DNA of 64,000 nucleotides from Chitinivibrionales bacterium. Its GTDB lineage: Bacteria > Fibrobacterota > Chitinivibrionia > Chitinivibrionales > WJKA01. Under the pieces are notes generated by a model, which saw only the letters and a list, made by a program, of their open reading frames with translations, had not been told where the DNA came from and made no database searches. A program made the position numbers and the translations under genes. The stretch is from positions 8,755 to 72,754 of the forward strand of contig WJLZ01000080.1 in assembly GCA_014728215.1 (NCBI GenBank). Direction: 5' to 3'. Shown one piece after another: positions 45,023 to 53,319 of the stretch. How positions within the stretch are numbered: the stretch's first letter is position 1; every line of letters begins with the position of its first letter.

Positions 45023-46282
45023 TTACTGCGTGAATTCGATGACTATCAAGGTATAATCATCCTCGTAGATATACTGGCATAATTGCTGCTCGATCCCTGG
45101 AATAACTTTAGGAAAGGGCAACTGATTGCATGAGAGAAGAATGTCCTGGAATTTTTTATATCCAAGCACACCTTTTTTATGTTCTTGCTGCTCTCCCATT
45201 ACTTCATAGATACCATCAGTGAAAAGGTACAGGCGGTCGCCTTTCTGGAAATGGTAAGTGTTTTGCTCATATTCTGGATTATCGATAATGCCTAAAAAGG
45301 TTCCTGAAGCCGAAAGGATGTTGAGATCCTGCTGTTCGCTGATTACAACCGGTTTAGGATGCCCTGCCCGGGCGTAGGTTATGGAGTTGTCGGTAAGATC
45401 GATAACTCCCCAGAAACTAGTTACATAATGGCCGGTGTGGATATTATGCAGCAGATCTTTGTTCATACGATCAAACAGGCCACTTGCCGGCATCTCCTGT
45501 TTGGTATGATTATAAAGCACGATTTTTGAAATGGTACCGATAAACGACGACGCCAGGCCATGACCGGATGCATCGCCGATAAAAACGCCCAGTTTTGAGT
45601 CCGAAAAGGAGATAAAATCATAGAGGTCGCCGCCCACGCTTTCCACCGGATGGTAAGTTGCGGCAATTTTCAGACCGGGTATTTCGGGAATATGTCGGGG
45701 CATGATTCCGAGTTGTATTTGACGGGCCAGGTCGAGTTCTTCTCTGGTATGATCGTTAGCCTTTCTGAGTTTGTCGGTGGCCTGGGCAAGAACAGCATTT
45801 TGTTCCTCGAGATGGCCTTTCAGCCGTTCAAGCTCGGTAATATCACGGATATGCTCGACAACGGCATTGTCGGAGCCCTTTGTATCGTTAAATGGATAAA
45901 AAGTTATTGAAATGACGCCGTCGTTAGGATGAACCGGATGGGGTGAGCGTTCGGTAATTTGCTTGTTCTTATAGCCCAGCACCCGCTTCATTTTACAGTC
46001 AAGGCATGGTTCATTTCTTTTGCGAAGAACATGATAGCATTTCTGTCCAAGTGCCTGTTTAAAATTGTATCCCACCAGTGATGCGTATGATTTATTGACA
46101 CGGATGAGCGTATAATCCTTATCGATTATTGAAAGTGGATCGTCGATTGAGTCGAACGTGGTCTGGAGATGAGTTTTGCTCTTCACAATAAGGTGCATCG
46201 GGTATCTTTTGTAAAAAATAAAGACACCGCCGCAAAATAAAAGAAGTATGATCCAGGGGAGAAAGAGAAGAAGGTTCTGCAT
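45023..46282 (-). CDS. PAS-domain PP2C/SpoIIE-family (RsbU-like) phosphatase with N-terminal TM
   Basis: PAS-like TFDSIDDPLSIID...GQKCYHV; ELDLARQIQ, VGGDLYD, GDASGHG, YARAGHP, LFTDGIYE, EDDYTL. Confidence 0.9.
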   Translation of the reverse strand: MQNLLLFLPWIILLLFCGGVFIFYKRYPMHLIVKSKTHLQTTFDSIDDPLSIIDKDYTLIRVNKSYASLVGYNFKQALGQKCYHVLRKRNEPCLDCKMKRVLGYKNKQITERSPHPVHPNDGVISITFYPFNDTKGSDNAVVEHIRDITELERLKGHLEEQNAVLAQATDKLRKANDHTREELDLARQIQLGIMPRHIPEIPGLKIAATYHPVESVGGDLYDFISFSDSKLGVFIGDASGHGLASSFIGTISKIVLYNHTKQEMPASGLFDRMNKDLLHNIHTGHYVTSFWGVIDLTDNSITYARAGHPKPVVISEQQDLNILSASGTFLGIIDNPEYEQNTYHFQKGDRLYLFTDGIYEVMGEQQEHKKGVLGYKKFQDILLSCNQLPFPKVIPGIEQQLCQYIYEDDYTLIVIEFTQ

Positions 46283-46305
46283 AGGTGAAACCTTAAAAAG
46301 AATTG

Positions 46306-46983
46306 TTATGCTTCGGCATATGCCTTTGAAAGATAACGGGGTGTCAGCTCTTCGACCGATATCCAGCTCTCGTTGTCACATGACTGCATGCCCTTTCTGG
46401 CACAGGCCAGACCGCGTTGCACCGGATACTGGTCGATCGAATAGGCCTGCGGCCTTTCTTTTAAAAAATCGAACACACTGCTCTTAGTGTACCCTAATGT
46501 ATCGGTGATAACAATATCCTCCTTCGATACAATGGATTGAAATTCCTTTGCAGGAGCACAGGCGTCCTCGGTTTTTCGTAGAATCCTGTGGCCGTTCGAA
46601 TGGAAACGGGCCCAGAATATCGTATCTCGACGGGCATCGAAGGCGATAACAATGGGCTGGTGATGGATATTCGATCCGATGGCGACACTTTCAAGGGATG
46701 ACACCGGCAATATTCGAACCGGGGGTTCCAGACAAAACCCTTTAACGAATGCAATACCGATACGGAGGCCGGTAAAAGAACCCGGACCGGTAGCAATGGC
46801 AATTGTATCGATATCGGCAGGCCCGATTTTAGCTGTTTTCAGGATAAATTCGATTCCTTCGGCAATAAGTTCTGCATGTGAATATCGTACATACCGCGAA
46901 AAACCCGCGATACACCGGCCGTTGTTTGCAAGGCCTATTCCCAGTTCGGTGGATGACGTATCGATTCCGAGTATCCAGTTCAT
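46306..46983 (-). CDS. tsaB: tRNA t6A modification protein TsaB
   Basis: LGIDTSS, HAE, GPGSFTGLRIG, DARR. Confidence 0.93.
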   Translation of the reverse strand: MNWILGIDTSSTELGIGLANNGRCIAGFSRYVRYSHAELIAEGIEFILKTAKIGPADIDTIAIATGPGSFTGLRIGIAFVKGFCLEPPVRILPVSSLESVAIGSNIHHQPIVIAFDARRDTIFWARFHSNGHRILRKTEDACAPAKEFQSIVSKEDIVITDTLGYTKSSVFDFLKERPQAYSIDQYPVQRGLACARKGMQSCDNESWISVEELTPRYLSKAYAEA

Positions 46984-48017
46984 GACCGTTTCCGCAGAGT
47001 TAAAGAGCGTTGTATGATGATATCCAGCAGTTCTGCATAAGAGCCGCCTTCGCAGGCAAATGATTTGGGTGCAAGCGAATTAGGCGTGAGCCCCGGAAGA
47101 GAATTTAATTCGAGAACAAAAAGTCCCTGATCGTTTGCTATCATATCGGTGCGGGATAGGCAGCTGCAACCGAGCAGGGTATGGGCCCGAAGCGCGGTTT
47201 TTTGCACTTCTTCGACAAGGCCCGCGGGTTGCGGGGCAGGAACGATTTCTTCACAGGCTTCATCGGTATACTTCGCCGCAAAATCGAAAAAAGCAGAGCT
47301 TACAGGCCTGATTTCCACCGGCTGAAGAGCCCGGGGATTTCCGTTGCTGTCTTCAAGTACGGGACACGACATCTCAATGCCCCTGATTTCCGATTCGACA
47401 AGAATATCATCCGCTTCCTTCCGGTATTCATCCAGCAGCGCCCTGAGACTCCCGATATCATCGGCTTTGTCCATTAATCTACTCGACCCCGACTGGGGAC
47501 ATTTGACAAAACAGGGAAAACCCCGTTCATCGGCAATAGATTCGGCAGTAGCGCCGGGATTTGATTTACCGTATATCGAAAAAGGAGGTGTCATAATCCC
47601 GTGCTGTTCAAAGAGGTGTTTCGTTGCTATTTTATTCATGGCTACTGCGCCGGCAAAGACACCGGAGCCGGTATAGGGGACATGTAAGGTGTCGAGATAT
47701 CCCTGAAAAATGCCGTCTTCACCAAATGCTCCGTGAAGGGCTATAAACGCCATGTCGCAGTTTTTCCAGACCGGCGCGCAGGAATCGGGCAGATAGGGTC
47801 CCTCAAACATCTCGCTTTCCATAGGGGCGGAGAGTATCGCGATATCGGAGATATCAGTCCCTGCAGGGGCAATAAAAAATTCGGTTGCATGGGAAATGAC
47901 CACGGCCCGGGGAACATATTTTGACTTGTCCAGACAACGATAGACCTCCCAACCGGTTGCAAGAGATACTTCATGCTCGGCCGAGGGGCCGCCCATGACA
48001 ACATTGACATTAAGCAT
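46980..48017 (-). CDS. ddl: D-alanine--D-alanine ligase
   Basis: GGPSAEHEVSL, LHGAFGEDG, VPYTGSG, MNKIATK, FFDFAAKY, RTD, LELNSLPG. Confidence 0.9.
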   Translation of the reverse strand: MLNVNVVMGGPSAEHEVSLATGWEVYRCLDKSKYVPRAVVISHATEFFIAPAGTDISDIAILSAPMESEMFEGPYLPDSCAPVWKNCDMAFIALHGAFGEDGIFQGYLDTLHVPYTGSGVFAGAVAMNKIATKHLFEQHGIMTPPFSIYGKSNPGATAESIADERGFPCFVKCPQSGSSRLMDKADDIGSLRALLDEYRKEADDILVESEIRGIEMSCPVLEDSNGNPRALQPVEIRPVSSAFFDFAAKYTDEACEEIVPAPQPAGLVEEVQKTALRAHTLLGCSCLSRTDMIANDQGLFVLELNSLPGLTPNSLAPKSFACEGGSYAELLDIIIQRSLTLRKRS

Positions 48018-49342
48018 TATGCCCCCGCTTCTTTCATTTCTTTGCGGATCTTTTCCACAACCGAATCGGTGCCCACACGAAACTGGTCACGGGTATCCCG
48101 TTTACGAATCGTCACCGTGTCGTCTTCTATGGTCTGACTATCGACTGTCACGCAATAGGGGGTGCCGGCTTCGTCCTGACGGGCATAGCGGCGGCCGATG
48201 GAAAGATTGATATCCAGGAAGGTGGCGACACCGTTATCCAGAAATTCGTTGTAAATCTTTTCGGCCTTTTCGGGCATGCCGTCCCGTTTAACGAGCGGTA
48301 ACACCGCCACTTTGATCGGCGCCAGGGAAGGATGTAACCGCAGGATGGTCCGCTTGTTTTTACCTTCACCTTCAACATCATAGGCGTCCACAAGGTAGGC
48401 GAGTGTGGCGCGGTCGGCGCCGGCCGCGGGTTCGATAACATAGGGAAAAATATGCTGCTTGGATTCTTCATCAAAATAAGCCAGACTTCTCCCGCTGAAT
48501 TCCGAATGCCGTTTAAGATCGAAATCGGTACGATTGGCGATACCCTCAAGCTCATTCCATCCAAAGGGAAACTTGTATTCAACATCAACGCATGCTTTTG
48601 CATAGTGGGCAAGCTCATCCTTTTCGTGGTCCCGCAGACGAAGGTTCTCTTTTTTAATGCCGTTTCGAAGGTACCAGTCGAATCGTTCATTTTTCCAGTA
48701 TTCGTACCATTGCTCATCGTTCTGAGGATAACAGAAAAATTCCATCTCCATCTGTTCGAATTCCCGCGTTCGATAGGTAAAATTGCCCGGGGTAATTTCG
48801 TTCCGGAAGCTTTTGCCTATCTGGGCGATACCGAAGGGAAGTTTCATTCTCGAGGCCTGTTGGACATTGAGAAAATTGACAAAAATACCCTGTGCGGTTT
48901 CTGGCCGAAGATAGACCGTGGCCGACTGATCTTCAACAGGGCCCATGAATGTTTTGAACATAAGATTGAATTTTCGCGATTCGGTAAGTTCGCCACCGCA
49001 TTTCGGGCATTGGGAAGTGTCTTCGAGATGGTCGGCTCTGAACCGGGATTGACACTTCTTGCAGTCGACAAGCGGGTCGGTAAAGCCTTGAAGGTGTCCG
49101 GAGGCCTGCCATACTTTGGGATGCATAAGTATGGAGGCATCCTGACCTACAATGTCCCGCCGGGTGGTGACCATGGCTTTCCACCAGGATTCCTTAACGT
49201 TCCGTTTTAATTCGACGCCCAGAGGACCATAATCCCAGCAACTGTTGAGACCATCATATATTTCACTCGACTGGAATATGAATCCCCGTCGCTTACAGAG
49301 CGAGACAATGGTTGTCATTAAATCGTTTCTGCTGTCTGCCAT
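48017..49342 (-). CDS. glyQS: Glycine--tRNA ligase, homodimeric (class IIa) type
   Basis: [55 protein letters not shown], anticodon domain [10 protein letters not shown]. Confidence 0.96.
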   Translation of the reverse strand: MADSRNDLMTTIVSLCKRRGFIFQSSEIYDGLNSCWDYGPLGVELKRNVKESWWKAMVTTRRDIVGQDASILMHPKVWQASGHLQGFTDPLVDCKKCQSRFRADHLEDTSQCPKCGGELTESRKFNLMFKTFMGPVEDQSATVYLRPETAQGIFVNFLNVQQASRMKLPFGIAQIGKSFRNEITPGNFTYRTREFEQMEMEFFCYPQNDEQWYEYWKNERFDWYLRNGIKKENLRLRDHEKDELAHYAKACVDVEYKFPFGWNELEGIANRTDFDLKRHSEFSGRSLAYFDEESKQHIFPYVIEPAAGADRATLAYLVDAYDVEGEGKNKRTILRLHPSLAPIKVAVLPLVKRDGMPEKAEKIYNEFLDNGVATFLDINLSIGRRYARQDEAGTPYCVTVDSQTIEDDTVTIRKRDTRDQFRVGTDSVVEKIRKEMKEAGA

Positions 49343-49372
49343 TAATTACTCCTTATAGTCTGTATTCTTTAA

Positions 49373-50338
49373 TTACGAAATACCCTGAAGATTCTTTTTC
49401 AGACGGTCTTCGATCGGTAATTGTTCGTCAATTTCAAAAGATTGACCGGTGATCATTTCATAGAGTTGAATATATCGTGATGACAATTCGATTACAAGGT
49501 CTTCCGGCGCTTGCGGTAATACGTTGTCTTCGTAGGGATTGCAGTGTTCTTTAAACCAGAGACGAAGGAATTCTTTATCGATATTTTCGGGCTCTTTGCC
49601 CTGCGAAAAGCGTTCCTCATAGGAACCGGCAATCCAGTACCGTGAAGAATCCGGGGTATGGATCTCATCGATAAGTACTATTTCGCCCTTTGTGTCCTTA
49701 CCGAGTTCATACTTGGTATCCACCAGGATCAGGCCGTGCTCTGCGGCAATCTGTGAGCCTCGCTCGAAAAGGGCGAAGACAATCTCCGACAGGCGGTCCC
49801 AGGTTTTTTGATCAATAATATCGCGGGAAACGATCTCCTCCGCCGAAATAGATTCATCGTGGTCTTCGGCTTTGGTTGTGGGAGTAAGAATCGGTCTTTC
49901 GAATTTCTGGTTTTTCACCATGCCGTCGGGAAGAACATTGCCGCAGATATTTCGATTTCCGTTTGAATACTGGGTCCATGCCGAGGTGCTGGTAGAACCG
50001 GTAATATATCCCCGCATAACGAATTCGATAGGCAATACTTCACATTTTTTTCCGATTGTTACATTGGGGTCGGGGATATCGAGCACGTGGTTGGCCACGA
50101 TGTCTTTTGTTGTGTCGAACCAGAAACCGCTTACCTGATTAAGCACCTGTCCTTTGAAAGGAATACTTGCCAGCACACGGTCGAATGCGCTCTGGCGGTC
50201 TGTTGTGATCAGCACCAGCTTGTCGCCAAGATCGTAGGCGTCCCGGACTTTCCCCTTGCGTCTGTTGGGCAAATCGAGGAATTCGGTTGTTTCCAGGCAG
50301 TTGTTTAAATTTTTCTTGATCGCTTCCTTTGGAATCAT
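49373..50338 (-). CDS. purC: Phosphoribosylaminoimidazolesuccinocarboxamide synthase (long type)
   Basis: GKVRDAY, TDRQSAFD, PIEFVMRGY, TPTTKA, VDTKYE, DEIHTPDSSRYW, DKEFLR. Confidence 0.96.
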   Translation of the reverse strand: MIPKEAIKKNLNNCLETTEFLDLPNRRKGKVRDAYDLGDKLVLITTDRQSAFDRVLASIPFKGQVLNQVSGFWFDTTKDIVANHVLDIPDPNVTIGKKCEVLPIEFVMRGYITGSTSTSAWTQYSNGNRNICGNVLPDGMVKNQKFERPILTPTTKAEDHDESISAEEIVSRDIIDQKTWDRLSEIVFALFERGSQIAAEHGLILVDTKYELGKDTKGEIVLIDEIHTPDSSRYWIAGSYEERFSQGKEPENIDKEFLRLWFKEHCNPYEDNVLPQAPEDLVIELSSRYIQLYEMITGQSFEIDEQLPIEDRLKKNLQGIS

Positions 50339-50458
50339 ATAAAAGTCCTTTTAGTATATAGATTAATATTTTTATCAGAGCTTTAAAATAAACTTCTCCC
50401 GATAGAGATTCCACACCCGGAGCCGAGGTGCTCGTGTATAGAGAAAAAAATCCTTTGG

Positions 50459-50548
50459 AAGGGGCTGGGCGCCCCTTGAACCCAGCTATGAAAATGCTTC
50501 TCCTGAAAGCTCAACCCCCGGGCTTCGCCCACCCCCATACTTGGGGGG
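50459..50548. repeat. Cluster of short GC-rich palindromes (REP-like or terminator/RNA-stability hairpins)
   Basis: AAGGGGC-TGGGC-GCCCCTT (50459-77), GGGC-TTC-GCCC (50520-30) and CCCCCA-TACT-TGGGGG (50532-47) in the gap between the APH-like gene and purC. Confidence 0.4.
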
Positions 50549-50575
50549 ACAGCGCTGAGCCCCGAATTTTCCCTT

Positions 50576-51517
50576 TCACCTCATCTTTTCCACAATATCA
50601 AACACCTGTCGTTTATGCGCCCGTGCAGACTGGGGATCGTTATTTCTTCCGCTCCTGATAACGATATATTTCTGAATTTCATAGAGCAGATAAAAGGCAT
50701 TTCGGATTTGGGCTTCGGGAGACTGATCGCGTTCTCTTCCATAGCCTTTCCAGAATGATGGCGTCGAGACGCCGCAGTAGTCCAATACGGCAAATTCTAT
50801 CTCGGGATCGCCCCAGAGGGCCCGGTCCCAGTCGACAATGCCGGTGAGATTCCCCGTGTTTTCGACGAGTAAATTTTGCGCCCAGATATCCATATGTAAG
50901 AGGCTCGACTGGACCGGGCGATCAAAAAGGCCGTCATGAGTGGATAGAAGCGTTCGGAGTGTATCGGCTTCTTGTTCCGAGTAATACCCCACTGCAACAA
51001 TATCATCGATCATCCGGTTCCACATTTCCTGAAATGCGTCATGCCAGGTTGGTTGCGGTTTCATGGGGTGATGGTCTCCGATATATCCATAGGTTTCGGC
51101 GGTCAGTGCATGGACCTGGGCAAGGCAGGCCCCCACCTGGTGCATCGTTCGCTCGCTCTTTACACCGGATGATTGCGAAAGCGGTGTTCCCGGAAGGCGG
51201 GACATGATAATGAAATCATTGGGTATAATCTGAAGCGTTTCATCAAAGGCGATAATTTCCGGTACGGGCACGGAGGTCTTTTCCCGCAGAAGCTTATGGA
51301 TAGCGGGTTCCTGTTTCATCATCCGGCGTTCATAAAAAACAAACACAGAATCCCGCGGGGGTGCAATGCGCAAAACGTACCGGTCGGCTGAGAGTTCCAC
51401 AAACCAGGAAGAGTTAAATTTGCCGGTGGTGATCGGGGACAATGACGCCTGTTTTGCAGAGGAACCTAAATGTCTGATTAAACATCCGGTTAATTGCTGA
51501 TGTGAAAATCGGGGCAT
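50576..51517 (-). CDS. Aminoglycoside phosphotransferase/choline kinase-like family protein, substrate unknown
   Basis: VLRIAP, VPVPEII, HMDIWAQNLL (Brenner motif), IVDWD, WGDPEIEF. Confidence 0.85.
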   Translation of the reverse strand: MPRFSHQQLTGCLIRHLGSSAKQASLSPITTGKFNSSWFVELSADRYVLRIAPPRDSVFVFYERRMMKQEPAIHKLLREKTSVPVPEIIAFDETLQIIPNDFIIMSRLPGTPLSQSSGVKSERTMHQVGACLAQVHALTAETYGYIGDHHPMKPQPTWHDAFQEMWNRMIDDIVAVGYYSEQEADTLRTLLSTHDGLFDRPVQSSLLHMDIWAQNLLVENTGNLTGIVDWDRALWGDPEIEFAVLDYCGVSTPSFWKGYGRERDQSPEAQIRNAFYLLYEIQKYIVIRSGRNNDPQSARAHKRQVFDIVEKMR

Positions 51518-51644
51518 TAAAATAATCCCAAACAGGAGCGAGTGAAAAATAATTATGAGATAGAGAAGTCAAAAATATAATTTAATAATGGTATTGGGAG
51601 TGATTGATCGCTTTCATACACTAATTATATGAAGGAGTAGTTCC

Positions 51645-53234
51645 ATGCGATGTGTCCTTTGGGTGCTTTTGTGTGCATGTGTGATTTTTGCAGATTTTTC
51701 CGATGATAAATTGACTCTAAATTCTTCCGCGGCTCGTCTGGGCGCCGGATGTCCTACCTTTTCGGCCATTAAAGGGTATAACAGTTATGATTTTGCGGGA
51801 TCGCCCTTGGGGCTTTTGGAAAAGGGAAATACACTTCTGAAATTTGAGACAGGACATCGACTGGTCAATTTCGTGCTTGATGATGATCCCGACTCATTAC
51901 TGTATAAATCAAACTCCTTCGCCTTGCCTTTTGTAACGGTGGGCAAACCCGGCATTTTTTATGCACAATTTCAGTATATCCCCCATAGTATGAAAGTAAA
52001 AGATAACGGCCGGCAGTATGAGCTGCCCCATTCACCATCTTTGCCCGACTCTGTGGCTTCCTACAAACTGCCGCTTCATCGATTCGGCGTTGCTCTTGCA
52101 GGGGGAACGACCAATGGCGTCTTTCGTATCGGGGCTAATTTCGACGGTTTTTACGGAGAGGAGGAGATCGCGGGGGGCGACAGCAAACGAGTAATTATGG
52201 GTTTCCGGAACCTCGGGTTGCATATCGGTTTTCAGTTGCACGATCTGTTGAGGATCGGATTCAAGGGGAGCGCCTCTGGGTATCTCGATACGTTGAATGA
52301 CTTGGATAACGAGCGTGCTCGTAATGAAGACCGATACTGGAGCGGGCCCATACCAAGCATCGGTGGAAATATCGATTTCGGCGCCGATAATTTCCCCGTG
52401 CACAGCAACTTTGTCTTCAGTAAAGCGAGCTCGGACTTTATTTATGTCACAAAAGTCCGGGGCATTGGTATCAGGGAAGACGGCGATGAAGATCCCATCA
52501 GGGGCGATAGTCTTTTCTGGAAGTGGCAAACCCTGGTTTTGGTGGAAAAAAGCCGGTTTATCTTTCGCCCTTCTTTTTTATTCGGTTACTGGAGAAATGA
52601 ATTGCAGCAATATGAGCCCGACGATGAGAATGATTTGCCCTGGAAACGGGGACGGGAAAGGACCGATACCACCTGGAAATACTCATCCTTCAATTTTGGT
52701 ATCGGCGGCGGCGTGGAACTCAAAGAATACGGCCGTTTCCATTTTGAATATTCCTTTAAAAATTTAAAGCTGGCTTACGGGGATGCCTGGCCCGATTCGA
52801 CGGATAAAAGGAGCGGGTATCCGCGGATCAGCGCCGGTATTCTTGGAAACATTCACGCCGTTCCCTTTCTGAATATTCCCCGGTCAATCGAGATCTTTGC
52901 CCGTCTCGGTTATTTATTTCAGAAAGAAAACGATCGCTTCAACACCTATCGGTCCGAAGAATTCGGTCTGGTCAACACCCGGGTTTCTCCCCTCTCACAA
53001 TATCATCGCTATCTCTATTTTGATCCACTGTTCGGATGGGTCAAGGAGAATACAATTTCCCGTTTCAGCTTCGGACTGGGCGGGACTTTTCTCGACAGGA
53101 TGTTTGAGGGAAACCTTTTTTGTGCCTTTCCGGTCAGGAAAACCGGCGAGGAAAAACATAAAGGTTTCGAGTTCGGAGTGGACCTTTCGTACCATTTACG
53201 GGTAGGGAGCTCCAAAGAAGAAGGGCAGGGATGA
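51645..53234 (+). CDS. Hypothetical exported protein, probable outer-membrane beta-barrel
   Basis: RBS AAGGAG, signal ending IFA, many Gly/aromatic amphipathic strands, terminal FEFGVDLSYHL-type strand. Confidence 0.7.
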   Translation: MRCVLWVLLCACVIFADFSDDKLTLNSSAARLGAGCPTFSAIKGYNSYDFAGSPLGLLEKGNTLLKFETGHRLVNFVLDDDPDSLLYKSNSFALPFVTVGKPGIFYAQFQYIPHSMKVKDNGRQYELPHSPSLPDSVASYKLPLHRFGVALAGGTTNGVFRIGANFDGFYGEEEIAGGDSKRVIMGFRNLGLHIGFQLHDLLRIGFKGSASGYLDTLNDLDNERARNEDRYWSGPIPSIGGNIDFGADNFPVHSNFVFSKASSDFIYVTKVRGIGIREDGDEDPIRGDSLFWKWQTLVLVEKSRFIFRPSFLFGYWRNELQQYEPDDENDLPWKRGRERTDTTWKYSSFNFGIGGGVELKEYGRFHFEYSFKNLKLAYGDAWPDSTDKRSGYPRISAGILGNIHAVPFLNIPRSIEIFARLGYLFQKENDRFNTYRSEEFGLVNTRVSPLSQYHRYLYFDPLFGWVKENTISRFSFGLGGTFLDRMFEGNLFCAFPVRKTGEEKHKGFEFGVDLSYHLRVGSSKEEGQG

Positions 53235-53319
53235 TCGATGGGTTGAATGTGTTTGAGGCCTGCTCCCTGTAAACAGGCAAATTTACTTTTAGGCACAAGT
53301 ATTTATAGCTCAAGTAAGG

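Noticed and set aside
46980-48017. Ddl as a possible D-Ala-D-Lac (vancomycin-resistance) ligase
   Set aside because: The omega loop reads FFDFAAKY and keeps the Tyr of D-Ala-D-Ala ligases, and there are no van genes nearby. The GSSRL loop is divergent, but that alone is not evidence.
48452-49210. 252-aa plus-strand ORF, and similar long shadow ORFs at 27273-27953, 55303-56007, 13984-14619 and 44185-44790
   Set aside because: They lie antisense to well-supported genes, lack motifs and RBSs, and are expected by-products of codon bias.
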